From: Kudoa neothunni
Taxonomy: Eukaryota > Animalia > Cnidaria
Assembly: GCA_964304625.1 (NCBI GenBank)
Contig: OZ199838.1
Span: 6,745,731 to 6,809,730 of the forward strand
Reading direction: 5' to 3'
Length of the DNA: 64,000 nt
The position numbers were made by a program, and so were the translations under genes. Below, piece by piece: positions 1-12,110 of this stretch. The notes beneath the pieces are model-generated. The model made no database searches. It was not told where the DNA came from and worked only from the letters and a program-made list of their open reading frames with translations. Positions within the stretch are counted from its first letter, which is position 1. Each line of letters begins with the position of its first letter.

Positions 1-807
1 AAAATTTTAATAATTATTAAGATTGATTGGTGTTGATCAGATCCTTGGAAGATTTCATTAGATCATATATATTTTATACCATCGATTTTATAAATAATGT
101 TAGACTCTCAATGATATTTTTAAAGATATAAATTCGTATGTTGAGATTAATTTCTCAGTCTTCTGCTAGTAATATTTCAATGTCATTAACATTATCAACA
201 TTATGTATTTGTAGTAGTCATAATATACATGGTAAAAATATTTTTTGAATCGCTGTTTAATAATTTAGAATTAAATTAACAATTAACTACTCTTTCGACA
301 AAAAATTAATTTAGTGTGTTTATCATGTAATTTTTAAAGTGAATTAAAGTAAATTTTATCCCCCAACAGACCTAATAGTGAAAGCGTAAAAATCATAGGT
401 TTTCATACTAATTATCCGATTTATTAGTGAAAAAGTTTCTCAATAATAATCCTTCTATTTCGAATGATGAAAGAACCATTACCGAAACCAAAAAAAGGTG
501 TAATTTATGTTAGCGAGGTTCGAGCAGAAAACCCAAATAAATGTGTTCTTGCTGTTCCGGAGGCTGTTCTAATAATGTCTGAAGTTTTTTGCGATTTTAT
601 AATAAAATCTAAAAATTAATTATTTCTTTTATTATGAATTTTTTTATTAGCTACTGGTCTTTTTCTATCTATCTTTAGAGTATTTTAATGATTTTTTAAA
701 TGTGAAATAAGTTAATGTTTATATTGATAAATAATTATATTTCCAATAATGGCAATGTTATTCATTATAAAAATATTTAAATTTTACCATTACTTTAAAA
801 CATAATA

Positions 808-1970
808 CAGTAGGTGACGGCTCGTGCGTACCTGCCATGATTTAATGACTTACACGATACTGTTACTAATTAAAATGAATCGAACAAAAGCATAGAAATT
901 ATAATAAATTATTAAAACCTTAGTTTTTGTTTTAATTCGTTGTATATAAGAACTAACTCAAATTTACGACTCGTGGGCACTTGAAGTGAACCAAGAAGTT
1001 ACGTTCTATGAGAGATAAAGTGGATATAATGCCATATTATGAAAGAATAACGAATGGGGAGAACAGATAAACTAAAATTCTCAATTATTTTAACTTAAAA
1101 TATCTATCCTCTTTAAATAGGATTTTAGGTAATAGAGAATCCATTACGAAGTCTCATAATGGAATGTAAATTACAAAGAACCACAAAAATTTACTATTTC
1201 TATGAATGATGCCCTAATTTATTTGAGAACAATGTACAAATTGTTCAGAAAACGAAATTATCAAATGTTATCTACGGTCATAGATCTAGAGACGACGATT
1301 TACGATTCAAGAATGCCAGAGTTTTACCAGTAAAATATTAAAAACTTTTCAAAAACAAAATCCAACCAATAAGTGTGCTAAAAACTTTTAGTTATATTTT
1401 ATTGAGTATATTAATTAATTTTATGAAATTATGCATATATATATATATATATATATATATTAAATTTATCTTGATTATTAACTCTCACTCCTACTTATCT
1501 TGAGTACAGAAAAAAATTCATTTGTTACGCGACACTTCCTTAAGATATAATGATTCATTAAGGAAGTTTTCTGCATGTTTATATTTAAAATCGTCCAAAC
1601 CTTTATGATTAAAATAAAAAATAATTTTGATTGTAATAAAATTTGATGTGTGAATTACATTTATTATTTTTTAAAATTTTTGTTGACAGAAATCATTGGT
1701 ATTATCATCACGTTGTCTAAATGGTTTGTTTCTACAAATTAAAGTCAAGGCTCGACTAGATTAGTCTCATTCAATCTTTACATAATTGGTATAAGAAGAT
1801 TTTATCTTATTAATATACTTTTGAATATAAATACAAACATAGTGATAAATAAGAGAGACCAAATTGCAAGAGCCCATATTAAAATTTTGCTTTGTTCGCA
1901 TGCGTTATGACGGGTCGTGGGCACTTCGAACCCAATTCCCACTTTAGTGCCCACGGCCCGTCACCTACTG
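808..1970. mobile_element. Non-autonomous Tc1/mariner(pogo)-type element (MITE-like)
   Basis: Imperfect TIRs CAGTAGGTGACGGCTCGTG (808) / CACGGCCCGTCACCTACTG (1970), TA on both flanks. Internal copies of the TIR core GAC..CGTGGGCACTT at ~968 and ~1909. Contains (TA)n at ~1435-1460. Confidence 0.8.
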
Positions 1971-2220
1971 TATATTATTATACGATCTATAAAAAAAGTG
2001 GAATTATAATATAAATATTCTAACCACCATTTAAAACATTAAATAAATTGAAGATACCTTAAATTCAATAATTATAATATACCGTGTAATTTTAATTTAT
2101 GTCCTGGTGTATAGTTATAAAATTTTCGTAAAATTTAAATTTAAAAAAAAGCAATCTATTATCCGCACTCAATCCGTTGTATTCAGAATACATTATTCTT
2201 TGATTTCCCTCCATTTAGGC

Positions 2221-3600
2221 CAGCGCCTCTCAACTGGGAGTGCAAACTAATGACTTGGGATAATGGGATTGGGGATGAGATCACAATTAGATATAATTTT
2301 TGAGAAAATTTTTAATTAAAACATCGATTTTCTAACATTTAAATCGTAACAACTTAATGAATACTTATTTATTTTTCTTAGCTTAATCATTTTGTTCTTT
2401 TAATATAATGCAAAAATATCTTACGAAACGCATTTAAATAAGAAAATTAATGAATTAAACTTTTGAAATACGTAATTAACTTAGAAACAAGCCTAACTAT
2501 TAATTTATTAAAAATAAAATGACGAAAAGATAACCTTTTTTATCGACCAATTTTACAATATTAAAATTGCATTGGAACGATAGAACGAAATCATGTTTAC
2601 TCAATTCTTGTAGCTAATTCTATTTTACACGCATGATTAATTACCCCGACATTTTGATCGAGCTACGCATTATCGTACAGTATTTCAAGATCTAAATGCA
2701 ACCATCCTTAGCGGAGGAAAAACTCATTTAGTTACGCCACGAATTTTTTATTAATGTCATAATTAATGGTGAAATTAAAGATACAATCCTTAAAGTGTAT
2801 AATTGAGATAAACTTAAAAAATTTAACATAGAAACTGATCCGTTTCTGCAATAATTAGCATATTTTATATACCAAAAGTATGTATTAAAATTTCTCCCAA
2901 ATAAACCACTTTACATTCCCGTCGTTTATGTGTAGATAAATCGGGGTTTTCCATTTCAACGAAAAGATCATTTGGTAGAACGATTTTGGAGATTGGAGCA
3001 AATTTTAAAGTTTAAAATGTCCAATCTAACAATATAACATTCATTTCAGCCTTGAATTGAGAGTCAAGATTTTTAATGTAGATCTGTAAACCAACATATA
3101 TTTCTTGTTTTCACCAATAAGTTATTCAATAATCTGGACAATGAAGAAATCGAAAGAGTTATTTTTGTTATAGACAATGTTAGATTCTATAAAACAAATT
3201 TAATTATCGAACTAATTCAGACAAGCAATCATAAGCTTCTATTTTTGTCATCATATTCGCAATTTCTTGGTCCTATCAAGAATTTTTCTCATCAATTAAC
3301 AACGATTATAACGAATAAATCTCCAAAAAATTCAGAAGAATTATTAAACATCATTATAGAGAATCCCGTAGAAGTTACCTCACAAAACTGTCTTAATTAT
3401 TGAAACCACGTCGAATCCTATTTTCAAAGGTGTTTAATATTGAAAAAAAAAAATAAATAACTAAAATAATTCATTTCTAGGAGAGTTGCATTTTGATTTT
3501 ACCTAGTTGCATTTAGATCTTGAAATACTGTATATAGAAGGGATGAGGGTTTCGTTTTCTCATCAAAAGGGGAGAGTGCGATTTGAATTGGGAAGCGCCG
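2221..3600. mobile_element. Degenerate hAT (Charlie/Buster-type) element hosting a nested Tc1-like element
   Basis: Ends CAGCGCCTCTCAA / TTGGGAAGCGCCG. Flanking 8-mers ATTTAGGC and ATCTAGAC (6/8 match, NTCTAGAN-type target). Confidence 0.6.
2678..3530 (+). mobile_element. Internally deleted IS630/Tc1-family transposon
   Basis: Perfect 25-bp TIR CAGTATTTCAAGATCTAAATGCAAC with TA TSD. Transposase remnants FVIDNVRFYK and SYSQFLGPI (DNA..H and YSPxLNPIE motifs) with stops. Confidence 0.85.
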
Positions 3601-3745
3601 ATCTAGACGTTAGATTTATTTCTTATTCTATAAAACAATTATGAATAACTTTATCTTTGAATACGAGAAATAAAAACATAGGGTCTTCTTCAATACCAAA
3701 TCGACTAAGTGTATTGTGGTTTTTGTTATGCGAGAAAAGTTAATC

Positions 3746-3840
3746 AATACTTATACAGAGAAGCTATTAAAATAGACGGTTAAGTATTTCCTACTACCTG
3801 GCGTAGAAAATACGCTATAATTTGTGAACTACACAATGCA
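3746..3840 (+). ncRNA. Candidate Sm-class small RNA (spliced-leader-like or minimal U1-like)
   Basis: 8-bp stem AATACTTA(3746-53)/TAAGTATT(3781-88) enclosing G|GT at 3779. Hairpin TGGCGTA-GAAAA-TACGCTA (3799-3817). Sm-like AATTTGTGA (3819-27). TACTACCTGGCGTAG resembles the U1 5' end. Confidence 0.35.
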
Positions 3841-4128
3841 TTATATTTAAAGTCTATTCCAACTCTAACTGATGCTTATTTAAGGTTTATTGTGATTTTT
3901 CAAATTGAAAATTCAAATTTGATTTATCGTTTATATTAGATGTATTAATTTTGAGAGTGCGCCTTGAAATGCTATTATAATGATCATGAAGTAGGAATTT
4001 AACTCCCTCTAATAAAGCACGCAGACAAACACAACTTCCAACTATTATAATAATATCATTTAATCGAATCGGCGAAAATTTATCGTTTTCACGTGTGATA
4101 TAGTTTTTTCAAGAAATAACGAAAGCGT

Positions 4129-4402
4129 TTAGTAGGTCGCTTTTGGGGGTGGTGTATTATCTTCGTTTACGCCTGTTTCGAGGTCATCTTCGCCTCTATA
4201 CCAAGTGGTTTAAATATTTACATAGAATTGTATCTTATTACTCAAAATCATCATCAAGGAAACCAGGCAACTCATCCACATCATTGACCTCACCAGTCAT
4301 TGCCATGGATTTAATATCTGAATCTTGGGAGCTGATAGGCTTGCATTTGATACACTGGAAGAAAGCTATCACCAACAAAAGAAGGAAAAGTTTGAAATTC
4401 AT
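4129..4402 (-). CDS. Orphan small secreted acidic protein, 75 aa, 2 exons
   Basis: Exons 4402-4242 and 4195-4129; 46-nt GT-AG intron 4241-4196. Spliced product MNFKLFLLLLVIAFFQCIKC-KPISSQDSDIKSMAMTGEVNDVDELPGFLDDDFEGEDDLETGVNEDNTPPPKATY*, with a clear signal peptide. Confidence 0.75.
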
Positions 4403-5819
4403 CGCTCTTGTGCTCTCGTGATCTAACGATAGGAGTGATACTAAGGATATTTCTACGAAAAGATACGTCACAAAAGTTGTTTTGCAAAAAATGTCTAGCT
4501 ATATCTATTATATTCAATGATCCTATTCATCAAAACCAAATATTATCCATACTTACTCACTTTGACCTTCAAAATGATTCACTAAATGTTAACTCTATGG
4601 GCTTATAAATTTAGTGTAAATTAATTTGAATTAGTTGCTTTGTTTGAATAAGTAGATTGATTCCATTGAACATTTCATACTTCAGTAAATAATGTCTTCT
4701 ATAATAGACGTACTATTCACAATTTTTTAACTTCTAAACAAAATAATATTCTATTAAGTAGCCCACTTATAGCTTCTGTAAGGCTACAATACAAACTATA
4801 TTCTTTTAATTTTAATTTCAAATTTAAATATATCATTATAGCTTAAACGCCCTACTTCAAAGTTCTCATTTCTATTAATAATATTTTAAAATCCGACTAA
4901 AATAGTATTTTTGAATTATAAATGAAATGGGTCTCACAATTCATTGTTACTTAATTTTTCCATGTTGAGCCTAACTATTGAGATCCTATTACGATAGGTG
5001 CCATTATAGAGGACCCTATTTAAAAGGCGACTAGAAGATTCACTGTCAATTATTCAGATGAAATATAATTTAAGTCATTGAGAAAATAATGTATGAATTT
5101 ATAATGGTGGACTCAATGATAGTCAAATATTTAAACTATAATTACATATTTTATATTCGGAATTAATGTTATTCGCCTTAACAATAACTACATAACCAGT
5201 TGTTTCGCGATATTAATATATTTTAAAATTAACAAATCAATTGAAAAAATCAAGTCACATTAGCAATACGACTTGACCTATTGTTTTATTATGTTAATTA
5301 TGAATTTATAGGTATTAAATAGCTGTGTCAAAAATTCTATCTACACTAACAATATCATAGTTTCTATAAAGTTAAAATATTTATGTCAAATCTAAGCACA
5401 AGTTTAATCAATACTTAAGAGAGAAGCCTTTATTTATATTAATATTATAATCAAAAAATGTGTGCGTCTATTTTTCATCATAAAAAAATACAGGTATTTT
5501 TTCCTAATCTCAATACAGAAAGCGATAAAAAATATTTAATTGTAGAAGAATTATATTTATTCCAAGTATAAATTATATTCTGTAGAACATTATGAAAATT
5601 AACCTCTATTAAAGTCTGTACACAAAGAAACATCTCATAAACAATTCGAGCTATTTTGAGAACAGGAGATTACATCTCAATATAGGCAACTAATATACCC
5701 CCTAAGAGTTAAGACTCTTTGATCCTCAAGTCTAGGCAATATTTGCGATTTAAGTGTTTAGTAGGACTTTATCTGAAATGAATTAGTCGGAGAAGATCAA
5801 TACACCAGAAATAATCCAA

Positions 5820-6480
5820 TAAGTTTAAGCATCCAACAAATGATTCCCAAACAAACCATTATGAACTCCGGGTCAATTACATACAGTAAAGTTACGAATA
5901 GTTGTTGGTTGTTGATGTGGTTTTATAGTACGATCATGCCCTTGTTTGGATTCAATAAGCCTAGAAGGTATATTGCAAAAGTTCAGCTGGTGCATCCCTC
6001 CAAGTGAACAGACATACTCTGTCCGTAATTTGAGCTGATAATGTAATTTAGTTACTTTAATAACTGGTGGGTATGCGCTCATCAGGCTGATAATTTGGTC
6101 AATCACTGCAGGCCTAACTTTACTGTATATTTCACCATAAAAGATTCGATAATAGCAACTATTTTTAGCATCCTCTCGGCATTTATATTAATCACCGATC
6201 CACCGCTTTGTTGCAGTTCTTGTGATCGTATATCAAAGATATCCGAGCGTATTCAAAGTATCATTCCAGCATCCGTGAGATGGACCATATATGTTCTGTA
6301 TGTTAATCACGTTTTTACCTTAACACCAAATTAATCCAAAATTTGTAGAATGAGTGGTTTTGCATTGTATTGTTTTCCGTGTACATTATCGATTGTTTCA
6401 TTAACACTGATATGCATCGTTGATGTTGGCTACCTGTTGTTGCTGTTCGCACGATGTTTACGTGGAAATAACAACCCAGG
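5820..6480 (-). pseudogene. Possible degenerate Merlin/ISXO2-like (IS1016 group) transposase remnant
   Basis: Broken frames give NAERMLKIVAII, CSD.PNY, HDRTIKPH...NF and GVHNG..ESF, in the order expected for R..TL..II / SD.W..Y / H.TVNH..FV / GVHT..IES.W. Ends not securely defined. Confidence 0.35.
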
Positions 6481-7688
6481 TTCAACTAGAAAGGTCTAAG
6501 AATTTAGATTATTATTATCCACTTAATTTGATTTTTCAAATAGCATCGACCAAGTGTGCGGACCTCATAAATCATATAAGTTCATGTTTTTACATCCATT
6601 TTTTTCTAACTCAAACAAATTATAGCGGATCATAATTATAAGAAATGAACATGCGATATTTTACAGAAATTTGAAATTAAAAAAAAACATCAAATAAAAA
6701 TTAATTTTTCAAGTTTCCTTCAAACCTTGGCTAAAAACGAGACGATTTAATTTTTTTGTTTAATGTCTTGGGGGACATATCACTATAACCCCCTAAACAT
6801 ATTTAAATGGATAGAATTTCCAATAAATGGTTTGTTGAGGATATCAATCTTACATGTAGAATAAATGATCTAAATTGTTTCGTATTTGAAAAATTTAAGT
6901 CCACATCAACTAGGAAATTTCTTTATAATATTCAGTATCAGCCTTGATTTGTTCTAGCTATCTTAGATTATTATTTAAATTGTCTAATTACAAAAATAAG
7001 AATTATTATTCATATTATATAGTATATAATACACAATATTCTCTCATTTTACAAACGTCAAAAATATATTTTTTTTTAATATTTCAAAAATCTTAAAATA
7101 TAGCTTTATTATTAAAATGTACATCGTAAGTGATTTACAGTCTTAATGTATAAATTATTCACTTCACTATTTTCACTTTATTTAAAAGCTATGGAAAGTA
7201 ATTCATAGCTTTGAAGATTAAAGTATAAATTATAGTTATCTATATTAAATATTAGAAAAGCTACAATCTAAAGGGAAAATCAAATAATTTATGAAATATA
7301 ATATTTTTATATTATATTCGCATAATTTCGTACATTTAAATTATTAATTCCAAAAATTGTTAAGACCACGGTTTATTATACTTTTTAAAACATAGAAATA
7401 TACTTATTAGTAATGCCTATTCTGCGCGTAAGCCTTTACATATGCCATTAATTTTTATATAATGTTATTTTTCCTGTTAAAATAGATGTGTTGATTTTTA
7501 GTTCATATTTTGTTGATGGACTAATTAACTATAGAGCTTATAGTATTGTAATATTTTTGTTGTTTATAAATGTAATAAAAATTATTGTTGAATTTACAAT
7601 TTACATCATCACAATTGTTATGTTAAAAATAAATTTCTAGGATTATTAAAAGTTTTATTGTTGAATAAAGAGTCATTGTGGGATTTAG

Positions 7689-9050
7689 TTAACCCTCACC
7701 GTACTGGGTGCGAAGAAATTACGTGTGTGCCGATGGGGTCCATCTGGGACCTCCTTTAAATCGACCTAAAACGTCATAAATTATTACGAAAATAACGCGG
7801 TGTTATTTGAATACATTTATAAGTATAAACAACAAAATCTAGTTCTCTCTGGTAGCCTAAAATGCAGATACGAGGCCAAGATGAATGTATTGTGATAAAA
7901 TTAACGCGTAAATTTCAGCACTGAAGCTTTCGAAGATGTCTAAATTAAATAAAAATCTAATTGTCCTATTAGGTTCAAAAAAATTAATTGATGATGATGA
8001 AACATAGGCCCAACTAGGCGCCGTTCTGTAGAAATTATCGGACTTTTTCGGAAGTAGGAAATGTAGCCGCGCTTGCACTTTACTCTTAGATTTCAGAGAA
8101 ATCAATGTTTGGAAAACTTACATCGTTTTACTTTCTTCAAAAGTAAAATAAAAAAATTATAAAATGTGCATTTCTTAGTAATTTATTTACATTTTTAAAT
8201 GCTGTATTCCCATATGTTTTTACGAACTATTTTTTAATTTATTCGCATATTTAAGAGTTAGTATGATTAAATTAAAGAATTTAATTTGAGGAGGCCTAAG
8301 TTTTTTTAAATATTTTGGTATCCATACTTGTAAAACTGGCGGAACATATGTTTAACGCTTCTATGCGAATAATTCGTAGCACATACATGTCGATATCAAT
8401 AATTAATAAACACACGATGCTTTAACTGCAATTATATACTCAATAAAAATAATAACGACTACTATTTCTGGCTATTTTTAAAAATTGTTGATAGATCCTA
8501 CTGTTTATTTTGGTAAATTTGCGATAGAACAATTATTTTCCAATTACTTTATATTCTATCAATTTATTTTCCACTGTATAAAAATGATGGAATCCCCATA
8601 TGGTACACAAGGATTCTAATAGTTACATTGCATATGATGAATCATGGACTAGTTTGTTGTCGATAAACAAGGATTCTTTCGAGAAACAAGAGCCTACCAA
8701 CCATGAGGCGCGGTACGGATTAGTTCTTGCTAATCTCCTATTAAGTCGAAGTATATATAAACATTACATATAAAGGCTTTAAAATAAATTAAACAATGAG
8801 TGTAAATTTAAGTAAAATATATTAATATGTATACAATGGAATATTTTTCTTGAAAGTCTATAAGAATAAATATGATCTCTGAGGCGTACTTTTTAAGCTA
8901 GAAAAAAAATTATAGTTTTTATACAAATTTTTTAACCTTATAGAGACATTCCTGGATCAGTTAAGAAATCAATAATTTACTTTCAGAGTAATACGACAAA
9001 TAATGAAGTTGGGGTCTTTAATGGACCCCGCTTCGGACAGGGAGAGTTAA
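7689..9050 (-). mobile_element. Degenerate piggyBac-family element
   Basis: TTAA|CCCTCACCGTAC ... GGACAGGGAGAG|TTAA. Subterminal GGGGTCC..GACC palindromic sites at both ends. Decayed transposase-like sequence on the - strand. Confidence 0.65.
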
Positions 9051-10273
9051 ACATGAGGTCGTACAGATCCCAATATCCTTAGGGGTTTTAAAAATAATCG
9101 GCCGCATTCTCGTTTACTTAGATCCACATTTAAATGAATAACAATCAGAGAAATCATTAAAAAGAATAAAATTTGGCTACCGAATGTAAATATGAACTTA
9201 TGAGCAAAAATGACGAACTAACTCAAAAAATATCATTCTTGGCGACCTCGTAACGAACAAAAACGACCATCGAATAGAAAAGGGTGTGAGCTACATTCCG
9301 GTGAACATGAGAGCTCTTGCGTTAGTCAGTATTACATCAAAGTGGCGCAGCATAATTTAAGATGAGTAAGTTTGCCTTTGTAATTATTAGCATAACTAAA
9401 AAAAAGTACCTATTAAATACCCCAAATTTAATCCCTTGAGTGTAGTTTTAATCACAGTAGATAATAGAATGTAACCTCTATCGATAATCTAAAAATGATG
9501 AAAAATGGGAATAAAAATTTGTATGCATCCGCAAACATAAGATTGTATTTGTATGGGCTAATGGTCAAAGCCTAATTACAAAACTCTAATTTGAAATGAA
9601 AATACAAAAAAGTCTCAATTAAAAAGAAACTTAATCGAAATAAAACAACACCGTGATCATTACTCTCATCATACCTCGGTCGGGATCACGCGCAATGCTC
9701 ACATGGATTTGAACGGATTTTTCTGGTAGTTAGATTACGTGTTTGTACAGAGGTAAATATACTTCTTGCATGCATCCGCGTGCAACCAGTATTTAATCCT
9801 GTGGTCAATTGTGTAGATAAAATAACTTTATAAACCCTTGAATCACTTGATACACTCATAAAAAAACGAGTAGGTTTATAATTTTTTAAACTCCAAATAA
9901 GAGTTTGTTATTTACGCAACAAACAAATAAAAAAATTGAAACAAATTTTTATAATAAAAGCTGATTGACTGAAAAATTGAACAGTTAACCTATAGTAATG
10001 ATGGGTCTCAGAAATAAAGCAGAACTTTATCACTTTAAGCAGATTAGATTACCCACATTAACACTATGTAACACATTTTTTCATGCTCCATCTGACAGCC
10101 ACTTTAAGATCTAAAATTCATGATTTATTTATATCCTATACAGATACAATATCATCGTAACACCCATAAAGTTATCACTGTGAGGCATCTCGAATCTTAT
10201 GCGAAAAACACCGAAAAGTTACGTGGCATCAGTGCATTAGACTGATTGTTTTTTAATTGCTGATATCACAAAA

Positions 10274-11017
10274 ATGGCAACCCCGAACGAACAAGTTGAA
10301 AACAGACCGTCAATGGAGGAATCTGTTAGATTGTTATCATTCGCACAAAATATTTATTCCAGTAATTTGATCTTTTTAAAGCGTTGAAAATTCTCATCCT
10401 GAAATATCCTATTTAGATCCTTCCAATGCAGCATCTGCTATCAAATCAATAAAACCTGCCTTGCATATACGTTTTGTAGCTCAAGCGTTATCACTTTTTG
10501 CTTCGTTCTGTATTATTTTTTGATTATTTTTGTGTGAGTGGCTCAATTCTACTAAAACATTTAATTTTAGTGGCATGTTTCTTGGGTATTTTTGTGGTGT
10601 TGTCTATCTATCCAAGTTGTATTGGTGCAGGAATTTTGCAATGGTATTTTGGATGGAATTTTGCAATGGTTGTTATTAAATGAATTATAGCTTGATAGGA
10701 GTGTTTTTATTTTTTGTTGAGTCTCCTGTTATGTGCAGATTCACTAATGTGCAACGTACATTTGGTGAGTACACCGATAAAAATATGACCCTACTCGTGA
10801 AAGGTGTTCTCTACATTGTGTATGATTTGGAAGTGTTGCTGTGTACGTTTGTCACTAAATCCTATTTAGATTAGCCATAATACCTCCAAGTCTTTGTTTT
10901 GGTACTATGTCGATCATTCCTACAATCTTTATTGCGTTAGCAGGCGCCGCTCAATTTTGTTCCTATAGAGATGCCGTCAATAAAAGTAATCAGCAAAATA
11001 GTGGAAACAATGTATAA
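10274..11017 (+). CDS. CACFD1: Calcium channel Flower homolog (CACFD1/fwe family), ~5 exons
   Basis: Spliced ...HIRFVAQALSLFASFLACFLGIFVVLSIYPSCIGAGILQCLIGVFLFFVESPVMCRFTNVQRTFGEYTDKNMTLLVKGVLYIVLAIIPPSLCFGTMSIIPTIFIALAGAAQFCSYRDAV...NV*. Matches the Flower signature (IHPLNIAAG...LLCEAPFCCQF...KAVFY). First intron boundaries are ambiguous. Confidence 0.8.
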
Positions 11018-11134
11018 TTTCTGGTTTTTTTTTGTATCCTAATGTGTGGGATACTTAACGTATTTTATATAAAAAACATATTTCTATCAAATCGATTGAA
11101 TTTCTAGTACACTCGTTTTCTTGCTTTCATTTGT

Positions 11135-12110
11135 TTAACGTTTCCTGTATTAACTTCCGAAACAAAACGCGTGTGCCTGACTGAGGTATTTCTTGACCCC
11201 AGGAGAAATATGCTTAAGCTTATTCAAGTTATCTCAATTTTATATATTGTGAACAATACACCTAGCTTAACAATTCCATAGCAAATATATAGCGGATTGC
11301 CGTTTCTGGAGTTATGTACATGAATTTTTTTTATCAGCAACATTATTGGTATAATGTTAAACTAAAAGCACAAATATATATTTCACACTCCTTAAACAAT
11401 CGGTGATATAATAAAATTTAGGATTAGTGTTATCATCAAGTGAATCGATATTTTATGAAGCAAAAAAGTTTATAATATTTCATCATGGTATCTATTTTCA
11501 GATAGATGCAATGAATGGCCGTGGATGGGGTTCAAACCTGCGAGCCATAGCTTAAAAGGCAGTGGCGCCACATTGCTGTGTTGTTGATCGCGCATTAGTT
11601 GACTTTGGTTAAACTCTTATACCAGCAATTAAAGAGTTTTCTAAATCTTTAAATTGTTGAAAGGACTCATATTAAAACCCAAGAAAAACAAAAAATTTAT
11701 AAAAAATTTTGTTACTCCAATATGCGAAAGCGAAAACAAACGGAATAATTACTTGGATTAATTATCGTTAATTTATTGTTGATTATATTCAAAAATAAAT
11801 ATTGCTTTCTACGATTTTCGTTTTAGTGTGGATCAAAAATTTTGATTTTGATGAGAGAAAATCGTATTTATAATAAATATATGAGATTTCGAAAATAATA
11901 CAACCAATATTAAATGAAACTTGAAAAACTATGTCTTATTTTATGCATAAATCTTTGGCCGATAAATTGGAAATTTTATTTTCAGATAGGAACTCACCAA
12001 ATATAGGAAACTGAGAAATTTCAAAGTGAATAATCCAAAATACATAAATGTAAAAACAAAATAGTCAATTTAGGGTCTTGAAATATCCTAGTCAGTACCG
12101 GCAAGGTTAA
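11135..12110. mobile_element. Non-autonomous piggyBac-like element, copy 1 (copy 2 at 58427-59508)
   Basis: TTAA at both ends. Imperfect TIR CGTTTCCTGTATTAAC / GTCAGTACCGGCAAGG and inner repeat CTGACTGAGGTATTTCTTGACCC. Collinear with 58427-59508 over ~1 kb. Confidence 0.8.

Noticed and set aside
1-640. Transposase remnant at the window start
   Set aside because: Only faint IS630-like traces on the - strand and no definable ends.
4143-4421. 92-aa + strand ORF and the overlapping 4311-4517 / 4408-4608 ORFs
   Set aside because: Shadows of the spliced - strand peptide gene, with non-ATG starts.
9650-9815. Possible U1/U2 snRNA (GATCACG, TTGCA, ATTTTTCTGG motifs)
   Set aside because: Motif order and spacing do not fit, and there is no 5' ACTTACCTG or branch-pairing sequence.
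11510-11590. Functional tRNA-Lys gene
   Set aside because: No intact acceptor stem or D-arm, and the two copies diverge freely; treated as a tRNA-derived relic.
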